From contig OY970192.1 of the NCBI GenBank assembly GCA_963708135.1, positions 736,001 through 800,000 of the forward strand: a DNA stretch of 64,000 nt, written 5' to 3'. The notes under the pieces are model-generated. The model saw only the letters and a list, made by a program, of their open reading frames with translations, searched no databases and was not told the origin of the DNA. Positions 1 through 7,254 of this stretch are shown one piece after another. Position 1 is the stretch's first letter. Every line of letters starts with the position of its first letter. The translations under genes were made by a program, and so were the position numbers. This DNA is from an uncultured Gemmatimonadales bacterium. GTDB taxonomy: Bacteria > Gemmatimonadota > Gemmatimonadetes > Longimicrobiales > RSA9.

Positions 1-2
1 GT

Positions 3-878
3 CAGGCCTCGCGGGTGGCGCTCGGCCCGGAGCTCCACGCCGTCGGCCCCGGCTTCTTCCGCGCCACGGGCACGCGGATCCTCCGGGGGCGGGCGTTCGA
101 GGCGGGAGACCGGGCGGGCGCGCGCGACGTCGCCATCGTGAACGAGCGGATAGCCCGAACCTTCTGGCCGGCCGGCGACGCGCTCGGCCGCTGCATCCGG
201 GTCCACCGCCCCGGCCCGCCCGGCGCCGGGCCGCCGTGCAGCCGGATCGTCGGCATCGCCGCCGACACGCGCAGCGTGGGTCTGCGCGAGGCGCCCGACC
301 TCCAGGTCTATCAGCCGCTTGCCCAACGCCCCGACCTCGCCCCCACGGTGCTCCTCGTGCGCACCGTGGGCGACCCGGCCGCCCTCGCCGCCGCCGCGCG
401 CCGCGCCATGCAGGGCGCCGGGCCGGCGCTTCCCTTCGCCGATGTCCGGCCGTGGAGCACGTATCTCGATCCCGAAACCCGCCCGTGGCGCCTGGGCGCC
501 TCCATGTTCACGCTGTTCGGCGCCATGGCTCTGGCGCTCGCGGCCCTCGGCCTCTACGCCGTCTTCTCCTACGCCGTCTCCCGCCGCGCCCCCGAGCTCG
601 GCATCCGCGCCGCGCTTGGCGCCCGGGCGGCCGACCTGCTGGGGCTGGTCGTGCTGGACGGGCTCCGCCTGGCCGCGGCGGGCGTGGTCATCGGCGTCGC
701 GCTGGCGCTGGCGCTCGGCCGGCTCCTGGCGGGTCTGCTCCTGGATGTGCACGCCGCCAGCCCCGCCCTGCTCGGCGCCGCCGCCGCGCTCGTGCTTGCC
801 ATCACGGCGCTCGCCGTCGCCGTCCCCGGGCGGGGCGCGGCGCGGGCGGATCCCGCGCAGGTGATGCGGGAGGAGTGA
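3..878 (+). CDS. ABC transporter permease (FtsX/MacB-like, ADOP-type), C-terminal part; 5' end outside window
   Basis: Motifs VGPGFFRATG..LRGRAF, VAIVNE, ELGIRAALGA, C-terminal TM helices and ..AARADP ending. Confidence 0.9.
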   Translation, partial: QASRVALGPELHAVGPGFFRATGTRILRGRAFEAGDRAGARDVAIVNERIARTFWPAGDALGRCIRVHRPGPPGAGPPCSRIVGIAADTRSVGLREAPDLQVYQPLAQRPDLAPTVLLVRTVGDPAALAAAARRAMQGAGPALPFADVRPWSTYLDPETRPWRLGASMFTLFGAMALALAALGLYAVFSYAVSRRAPELGIRAALGARAADLLGLVVLDGLRLAAAGVVIGVALALALGRLLAGLLLDVHAASPALLGAAAALVLAITALAVAVPGRGAARADPAQVMREE

Positions 879-932
879 GGCGAGCGGAGCGCGCGCGTGA
901 CACTCCTCGGAGCCTGACCGGCCACGTCGAGG

Positions 933-961
933 TTGACACCGCCCGCTCGGCCGTGAATAGT
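933..961 (+). promoter_or_regulatory. Putative sigma70 promoter for the DUF4236 gene
   Basis: TTGACA (933-938), 17 nt, then AATAGT (956-961) preceded by TG. Confidence 0.5.
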
Positions 962-1084
962 GCGGGAGCTCGATCATTCCCGCCGGCGCCCGACCCCCCC
1001 TCTCGCCGTGCCGGCATCACGCTCCTCCGAGATCGGACCCTCCGCGCCGACGCGCTCTGCCGGGCGACGGGTCCGCCCCGACGC

Positions 1085-2386
1085 ATGGGCCTCTACCTGC
1101 GCAAGAGCTTCCGCATGGGCCCGCTCCGGCTGAACGTCTCGCGGAGCGGGCTGGGCGCGTCCTTCGGCGTGAAGGGCGCCCGCATCGGCATGGACGCGCG
1201 CGGCCGCGCCTACGTGCACGCCGGCCGCGGGGGGCTGTACTACCGCGAGTACCTCGGCGGCCGCGAGCGTCCCCGTCCAGGCGACGCCTCCGCCTCCGCC
1301 CTCGCCGCGTCCTCGGCCGCCGACCTCGACGGCGGCTCGACCGTGATCTACGAGGACACGGGCGCGGCTTACCCGCCCACCGTCGCCCCGCCGCCGCGGC
1401 CCGTGCCCCTCTCGGTGCCGGAGCCGCGACCGGACCCGCGGCTGGTCCTCGGGCTGTTCACGGGCCTCGGCGGCGTCGTGGCCCTCTTCTTCTTCGACAC
1501 CGCGGGCGTGGTGGTCGGGGCCGCGCTGCTCATCGCCGCGGCGCTTTTCTCGGTCACGGGCTGGCGCGCCGACCGGGCGCGCGCCCGGCTGCGCGGCGCG
1601 CTCGCGCGGGCGCTGGCGACGGGGCCGACCGCCGTGGAGCCGTGGGCGGAGGCCGAGGCGCTGATCCGGCGCGGCGAGGTACGCCCCGAGCCGCGTCGCC
1701 TGGAGATCGAGCGGGCGTTCCTCGCCGCGTGCCGGTCCGCCGTGGCCGACGGCCGCGTGAGCAGCGACGAGTGCGACCTCCTCGACCGCCTCGACTCCGA
1801 CCTCGGCGGCCCGAGCGAGCGTACCATCGCCGCGCGCGTGGACGCGTTCCTGGCCGTATACGTCAAGGCCGTCGCCGACCGCGCGCTGGATGCCGAAGAG
1901 GAATCCACGCTGGGCCAGATCCGGCGCGCGCTCCGCGTCCGCGAGATGGCCGTCCGGCCCTACATCGCGTGGCTGCACGAGCTCCACGCGCTGCGCGAGA
2001 TCCAGGAGGGCACGCCGCCCGCAGTCGAGCCCACCGTCCCGCTGCCCGCCGGCGAGGTCTGCTACCTGGAGGCCCCCGGCCGCCTGCTCGGCGAGAAGCA
2101 GCTCCGCACCTTCCAGCGCGACCACGTCCGCTACCACGTGCGCGGACTCGTCCTCGAGCACGAGGGCACGCTCCTCATCACCAGCCGGCGCGTTCTCCTC
2201 GTTCACGACGGCACCACCAGCATCCCTCTCGCCCACATCCTCCACGTCGAGATCGACGCCGACGCCAACGTGCTCCGCATCACCCGCGACGACCGCGCGA
2301 CGCCGCTCATCCTGTCCACGCCGGACGTGGTGCGGGCAGGGGCGCTGCTTGGGAAGGTCACACAAGGCGAGCGGGAGGGGGTATAG
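1085..2386 (+). CDS. DUF4236 domain membrane protein with TerB-like helical repeats and a C-terminal PH-like region
   Basis: N-terminus MGLYLRKSFRMGPLRLNVSRSGLGASFGVKGARIG..GLYYR is DUF4236-like; two TM helices; ATG at 1085 within ORF 236..2386. Confidence 0.75.
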   Translation: MGLYLRKSFRMGPLRLNVSRSGLGASFGVKGARIGMDARGRAYVHAGRGGLYYREYLGGRERPRPGDASASALAASSAADLDGGSTVIYEDTGAAYPPTVAPPPRPVPLSVPEPRPDPRLVLGLFTGLGGVVALFFFDTAGVVVGAALLIAAALFSVTGWRADRARARLRGALARALATGPTAVEPWAEAEALIRRGEVRPEPRRLEIERAFLAACRSAVADGRVSSDECDLLDRLDSDLGGPSERTIAARVDAFLAVYVKAVADRALDAEEESTLGQIRRALRVREMAVRPYIAWLHELHALREIQEGTPPAVEPTVPLPAGEVCYLEAPGRLLGEKQLRTFQRDHVRYHVRGLVLEHEGTLLITSRRVLLVHDGTTSIPLAHILHVEIDADANVLRITRDDRATPLILSTPDVVRAGALLGKVTQGEREGV

Positions 2387-2402
2387 GGCGGCCGGAGGGG
2401 TT

Positions 2403-2471
2403 ACTGCGGCACGACCGACTGCGGCACGACCAACTGCGGCACGACCAACTGCGGCACGACCAACTGCGGCA
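2403..2471. repeat. 15-bp tandem repeat ACTGCGGCACGACC(A/G) x4.5
   Basis: Read directly; lies between convergent genes. Confidence 0.95.
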
Positions 2472-2554
2472 GACCTCTCGCCAGAGTCGGGTCCGCGAGC
2501 TCATTCGAGTTCGACCCGAGGCTCATGACCCGGGTGGAGGTTGAAGGCTGTCGG

Positions 2555-4210
2555 CTACTCTGCCCGGCCTGGCGGCCTGAACCGCCGGGACTGGCGCTCG
2601 TACGCATGCGCGAATGCCAGCACCCGGGCGTCCGTTCCTGGAAGGCCCACCACCGACAGATTCAGCGCCGGCATGCCGTCCGCGCCGTAGCCGGCGGGGA
2701 CCGAGACCTCGGGGATCCCCAGCCAGTTGCCGTAGCCGAGCGGGGTGTGCATGTCCGGCCAGCCGCCGGCGAGGGTGAAGGCGGGGAAGGGCATGGTCGG
2801 GTAGACCATCGCGGCGACGCCGGCCGCCCGCATGGACGCCGCGAGCGCGCTCAGCACGTCGGCGCGCGAGCGGGCGAAGGACTGCCCGGCCGGATCCGTC
2901 GCCATCGGGTTCTGGAGCAGGGGCTCGCAGCCATCGAAGGTGGCGGGGAGCACATCGTAGTAGGACTGGTAGGCGGCGTACCCGCGGCGCACGGCCGCGC
3001 GCGGGTCCGTCGTGCGCCCGGCGAAGTAGAGGTAGAGCGCGTTGGCGGTCGGCGCGGGAGACTTGGGATCGGGGGCGACGTCGCCTCGCCGGTTCGCGGC
3101 GGCGGCGAAGGCGTCGCGGTAGTCCGCGAGGGTGACGGCGGGCGCGAACGGCTCGACGGTGGCGCCGGCGGCGCGCAGGTCGGCCACGGCGCGGTCCCAG
3201 ATGGCGACGGCCTCGGCGGACATCTGGTCGCGCGGGATGTGGGCCTCGACGATGCCGAGACGGACCCCGGAAAGCGCGTCGTCGCGTAGCGTGAAAAGGG
3301 GTGCGGGATCGAACGGCTGCGTGCGCGCGAGCGGGTCCGAGGGGTCGGGGCCGGCGACGGCGGCGAGCAGCAGGGCGGCGTCCGCCACGTGGCGCGCGAG
3401 CGGGCCGTGCGTGTCGAGGTAGGGCCAGGTCGGGATCACGCCCGTGCGCGGGACGAGGCCGAACGTCGGCTTCATGCCGACGATGCCGGTGAACTGGGCC
3501 GGGATTCGGTTCGACCCGCCGTCGTCGGTGCCGAGGGCGGCGAATGCCATGCCGTCGGAGACCGCCACGGCCGAGCCGGCGCTCGAGCCGCCGGGCGTGC
3601 GCGTGCCGGTGGGGTCGTGCGGGTTCAGCACCTGGCCGGAGTAGGTGCTTGTGCCGACGCCGTGGTAGGCGAAGTCGTCGGCCGCGGTCTTCCCGAGCAC
3701 GACGGCGCCGGCCGCGCGCAGGCGACGGACCTCGATCGAGTCGCGGCGCACGGGATCGGGGAAGAGGCGCGCCCACTCGGCATTCGAGCCGGTCGTGGGC
3801 AGCCCGTTCACGTCGTAGATGGCCTTGGGGAAGACCGGCACGCCGTCGAGGGGGCCGCGCACCCTTCCGGCGCGCAGCCGTTCGTCGGCAGCGCGGGCAT
3901 CGGCGAGGGCGGCGGTGGCCGCGAGGGCGTCGATGGCGCGCCAGCGGCTGCCGTCGCCGCGGCAGCGGACGAGCGCCCGCTCGGTGACCTCGGCGGCCGA
4001 CCAGTCGCCGCGGCGACGGCCGGCCTGGTAGTCGGCGATGGTGCCGACGAGGGGATCGTCGCCGGCGGCGCGGGGCGGCCGATCGGAGCCAGGGCCGACA
4101 TCGGGGTCGGCGGACGGATCGGCGCCGGCCGCGACGCCGGAGTGCGGCAGCCGTGGCAGCACGGCGAGGGCGGCGAGCCGGGCCAGGACTTCACGTCGGG
4201 TCGGAGACAT
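2555..4210 (-). CDS. Amidase-signature family protein with Tat-like signal
   Basis: GPLDGVPVFPK, PGGSSAGSA, GTDDGGSNRIPA, GMKPTFG; N-terminus MSPTRREVLARL. Confidence 0.9.
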   Translation of the reverse strand: MSPTRREVLARLAALAVLPRLPHSGVAAGADPSADPDVGPGSDRPPRAAGDDPLVGTIADYQAGRRRGDWSAAEVTERALVRCRGDGSRWRAIDALAATAALADARAADERLRAGRVRGPLDGVPVFPKAIYDVNGLPTTGSNAEWARLFPDPVRRDSIEVRRLRAAGAVVLGKTAADDFAYHGVGTSTYSGQVLNPHDPTGTRTPGGSSAGSAVAVSDGMAFAALGTDDGGSNRIPAQFTGIVGMKPTFGLVPRTGVIPTWPYLDTHGPLARHVADAALLLAAVAGPDPSDPLARTQPFDPAPLFTLRDDALSGVRLGIVEAHIPRDQMSAEAVAIWDRAVADLRAAGATVEPFAPAVTLADYRDAFAAAANRRGDVAPDPKSPAPTANALYLYFAGRTTDPRAAVRRGYAAYQSYYDVLPATFDGCEPLLQNPMATDPAGQSFARSRADVLSALAASMRAAGVAAMVYPTMPFPAFTLAGGWPDMHTPLGYGNWLGIPEVSVPAGYGADGMPALNLSVVGLPGTDARVLAFAHAYERQSRRFRPPGRAE

Positions 4211-4233
4211 CTCGCGGGCGGGTCGGGGTGAGC

Positions 4234-4890
4234 TCAGCGCGGCGGGTGGCCGGTCACGCTGAAGTTGGTGGACGGCTGCGCCGGCGTCTCGCGGCGGGCG
4301 CTCAGGCAGAGCCACGCGGCCGGCGCGGCCTCGGCCGGCGGGACGACGGCGAACCTGATCGCGCGCAGCTCGAGGATCCGGAGCGTCGGCTCGAGCGCCT
4401 CGACCACCTCGCGGGCCGAGCGGCGGGGCGGCCCGGTCTCCCGTGGGCCGCCTTCGGTCGAGCCGATGAGGCTGAGCCAGGCACCGTCGGCAGCGAGCAC
4501 GTCAGCGACGCGCCGGGCGAACGCGGCGCGCTCCGTCGCCTGATCGAAGGTGTGGAAGCAGCCGCGGTCGAAGACGAGGTCGAACGGCGGCTCATCGAGC
4601 GTATCCTCGAGGAAATCGGCGGCGGCGAAGCGGCACGCGACGCCCGCGCGGTCGCGGCGCTCCTCGGCGCGCGCGATCGCCGCCGGCGACACGTCGAGGC
4701 CCAGCACGTCCGCGCCCTGGCGCGCGAGCCAGACGGAGTTCGTGCCCGTGCCGCAGCCGACCTCCAGCACGCGCGGACCGCCCACCCGGCCGCTCCGCCA
4801 TAGCTCGACCAGGTGGCGGTCGGGCTCGCCGGTATCCCAGGGAAGCGCCTCGCCCGACGTGTACCGCTCGTTCCAGTGAGAATCGTCCAT
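4234..4890 (-). CDS. Class I SAM-dependent methyltransferase (TPMT/TehB-like)
   Basis: WNERY..LPWD, VLEVGCGTG, GLDVS, FDLVFDRGCFH. Confidence 0.9.
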   Translation of the reverse strand: MDDSHWNERYTSGEALPWDTGEPDRHLVELWRSGRVGGPRVLEVGCGTGTNSVWLARQGADVLGLDVSPAAIARAEERRDRAGVACRFAAADFLEDTLDEPPFDLVFDRGCFHTFDQATERAAFARRVADVLAADGAWLSLIGSTEGGPRETGPPRRSAREVVEALEPTLRILELRAIRFAVVPPAEAAPAAWLCLSARRETPAQPSTNFSVTGHPPR

Positions 4891-4973
4891 GGCGCCACAA
4901 TACGAGGACGAAGGGTTCGCCGCGAGGGGACCGCGTCGATGCGCAGCCTGTTGCCTCACCTGCGCGCGGCCCG

Positions 4974-5129
4974 ATGCCGGGCTGTGTCCGTCGGGCCCGA
5001 TGCGCTGTCGTGGCGCTGATCCTCGCGTTGGGCTCCGGCGCAGGGGTACACGCCGCGCAGGCGAAGGTCCAGGCGCAGGTGGCGCGATACCCGGGTCGCG
5101 TGGTGGGCGCGTGCAGCGTGAACCCGCTG
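4974..5129 (+). pseudogene. Possible remnant of a secreted amidohydrolase gene
   Basis: Signal-peptide-like stretch then AKVQAQVARYPGRVVGACSVNPL, resembling the amidohydrolase_2 motif QVARYPDRL.GFCSVNPL; similarity then stops. Confidence 0.4.
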
Positions 5130-5244
5130 GGCCGGGGCGCACGGGACGCTCGGGCGGGGTCGCCCGGGCGGGCCGAGGGACGCGTGTGGGCCGGGCGGCG
5201 CCGTGGGCGGGAGGCAGCGCGCGCACCGGGTCGGACGGTGTCGC

Positions 5245-5429
5245 GGGCGGACCAAACTCCCAGATCGCCGAAGGGGCCGAAGCGCCCTTGCAGAAATGGC
5301 CGCTATGCGGACCAAAGTCCCGTCGCGCTGGTGATGGCGGCGAACGCGAGGGGACTTTGGTCCGCTCGGCGGCCCAAACTGCGAGAGGGCTGCCGAGGGG
5401 GCGACGATCGTGCAGAAAGGTCCGGGCGC
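5245..5429 (+). repeat. ~185-bp palindromic dispersed element, copy A
   Basis: Aligns with 6842-7026 and the reverse complement of 55193-55377; inverted-repeat arms 5298-5327 / 5345-5374. Confidence 0.95.
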
Positions 5430-5499
5430 CGCCTAAGGCAGCGACGCGACCGCTCCGCTCCCCCTGCGCGGCCGAGGGCCCCATCCACGAAATCTCGTC

Positions 5500-5563
5500 C
5501 CATCCCGCCATGGAACTGTCCCATCCCGCCATGGAGCTGCCCCGTCTCGCCATGGAGCTGCCC
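5500..5563. repeat. 21-bp degenerate tandem repeat (CCATCCCGCCATGGA(A/G)CTG(T/C)C) x3
   Basis: Read directly between copy A and the DUF559 gene. Confidence 0.85.
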
Positions 5564-5639
5564 CAGACGGCGACGCAGGGTAGACGCGTGGTGGGCTGTG
5601 GCAGGCACGAGGAGGGGCACCGGAGCGAGGATACTCTCC

Positions 5640-6545
5640 ATGGACACGGAACTGGAGCGTCGCCTGTGGGAGCTGGCAGCGCGGCAGCACGGGGTAGTGG
5701 CTCGCGGGCAGATGCTGGAGCTCGGCATGCGACCGGGCGCGATCGGACGGCGGGCGCGGCGCGGCGGGCTGCGTCGCCTGCACAGGGGTGTGTACCAGGT
5801 GGGGCCGGTGCTTGCGCCGTCGGGGCGGCTGCTCGCCGCGACGCTGGCGTGCGGTCGACAGGGGATCGTGGCCGACTGGAGCGCCGCCGTCGTCTGGCGC
5901 GTGCGCGAAGGGTCCGACGGCGAGCCCGTCCACATCCTGCTCGTGGGCGGCGGCGGGCGGAGCCGCCCGGGGATCCGGGTGCGACGCGTCCGCCGGCTCG
6001 ACCCCGACGAGCGCACGTGCGTGGACGGCATTCCCGTGACGACGCCGGCGCGGACCCTGCTCGACCTCGCCGCGGTCGCCGGGGCGGGCGAGCTGGAGCG
6101 CGCCGTCGCCAGGGCCGAGCGTGAGCGGCTCGTGAGCCGCGACCAGCTGCGGGCGATGCTGCTTCGGGGCGCCGGCCGGCCGGGAGCGCCGGCGCTCAGG
6201 GCCCTGCTGTCGCAGGCCGGCGGCCCGGCGCTGACGCGCTCGGAGGCGGAGGCGCTGTTCCTGAAGCTGATCCGGGAAGCGTCGCTGCCGCTCCCCGAGA
6301 CGAACGTGGTCGTCGGCGGCTACGAGCTCGACTTCCTCTGGCGCAAGCAGCGGATCGCCGTCGAGGTGGACGGCTACCGCTACCACGGCACGCGACGTCG
6401 CTTCGAGGCCGACCGTCGCCGCGCGACCCGCCTGGCGGCGCTCGGGATCCAGGTCATCCCGGTCACGTACCGGCAGATCGTCGAGCAGAGAACCGCGACG
6501 GCCGTGCAGATCGGGAATGCGCTGCTGCGGGCGGAGCTGCGGTGA
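5640..6545 (+). CDS. AbiEi-like wHTH N-terminus + DUF559 (Vsr-like PD-(D/E)xK) endonuclease protein
   Basis: LAARQHGVVARGQMLELG, RLHRGVY, GIPVTTPARTLLDLA, TRSEAE, ELDFLW..IAVEVDGYRYH..FEADRRR. Confidence 0.85.
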   Translation: MDTELERRLWELAARQHGVVARGQMLELGMRPGAIGRRARRGGLRRLHRGVYQVGPVLAPSGRLLAATLACGRQGIVADWSAAVVWRVREGSDGEPVHILLVGGGGRSRPGIRVRRVRRLDPDERTCVDGIPVTTPARTLLDLAAVAGAGELERAVARAERERLVSRDQLRAMLLRGAGRPGAPALRALLSQAGGPALTRSEAEALFLKLIREASLPLPETNVVVGGYELDFLWRKQRIAVEVDGYRYHGTRRRFEADRRRATRLAALGIQVIPVTYRQIVEQRTATAVQIGNALLRAELR

Positions 6546-6580
6546 ACGGAGAACGCGGGGTGGAGGGGGGCGGACCGGCG

Positions 6581-6809
6581 CGGACCGGAGCCGACCGGAG
6601 GGACGCCGCGGGGAGGACCGGGCCGTGCGGCGTCGCGAAGCGGGCCGGGGCCGACCGGAGCGGACCGGAGCCGACCGGAGGGACGCCGCGGGGAGGACCG
6701 GGCCGTGCGGCGTCGCGAAGCGGGCCGGGGCCGACCGGAGCGGACCGGAGCCGAACGGAGGGACGCCGCGGGGAGGACCGGGCCGTGCGGCGTCGCGAAG
6801 CGGGCCGGG
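6581..6809. repeat. 80-bp tandem repeat x~2.9
   Basis: Units start at 6581, 6661, 6741 (CGGACCGGAGCCGACCGGAGGGACGCCGCGGGGAGG...), near-identical. Confidence 0.95.
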
Positions 6810-6841
6810 ACACGTGGCGGAGCCGGATCGAAGGCGTCGCG

Positions 6842-7026
6842 GGGCGGACCAAACTCCCACATCGTCGAGGCGCGCGCGGCGCGGCCGCAGAAGTGGCCGC
6901 TATGCGGACCAAAGTCCCCTCGCGTTCGCCGCCACAACCGGCGCGAGGGGACTTTGGTCCGCATAGCGGCCTAAACTGCGAGAGGGCTGCCGAGGGGGCG
7001 ACGATCGTGCAGAAAGGTCCGGGCGC
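6842..7026 (+). repeat. ~185-bp palindromic dispersed element, copy B
   Basis: Perfect 30-bp inverted repeat 6895-6924 / 6942-6971; last 54 bp identical to copy A. Confidence 0.95.
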
Positions 7027-7073
7027 GGCCGCCTCGACGTGCCCAGGCGACGGCTCGCGGCGGGCCAGCCGTG

Positions 7074-7228
7074 GATGGACCGGCCCCCGCGGATGGACCG
7101 GCCGCCGCGGATGCACCGGCCAGCGGCGGATCCACCGGCCGGCCGCGGATCCACCGGCCGGCCGCGGATCCACCGGCCGGTCGCGGATGCACCGGCCGAC
7201 CGCGGATGCACCGGCCGCGCGCGGATGC
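7074..7228. repeat. ~19-bp degenerate tandem repeat GGAT(G/C)CACCGGCCGGCCGC x~8
   Basis: Read directly. Confidence 0.85.
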
Positions 7229-7254
7229 GGCCGCCACGGCGGCTCGCGCCTTCC

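Noticed and set aside
962..990. tRNA/tmRNA 3'-end remnant (att site) GCGGGAGCTCGATCATTCCCGCC
   Set aside because: Only a 6-bp stem; lacks a GTTCGA T-loop and CCA end, and there is no integrase.
2403..2471. 15-bp array as CRISPR or replication iterons
   Set aside because: Head-to-tail units without spacers; no rep gene or AT-rich origin nearby.
5640..6545. Complete type IV (AbiE) toxin-antitoxin system
   Set aside because: No adjacent AbiEii nucleotidyltransferase toxin; the protein instead ends in DUF559.
6581..6809. 80-bp periodic array as a CRISPR array
   Set aside because: Whole units are near-identical with no unique spacers, and no cas genes are in the window.
5245..7026. Classical IS or composite transposon
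   Set aside because: No DDE, HUH or recombinase gene, flanks are direct repeats, and no target-site duplication was identified.
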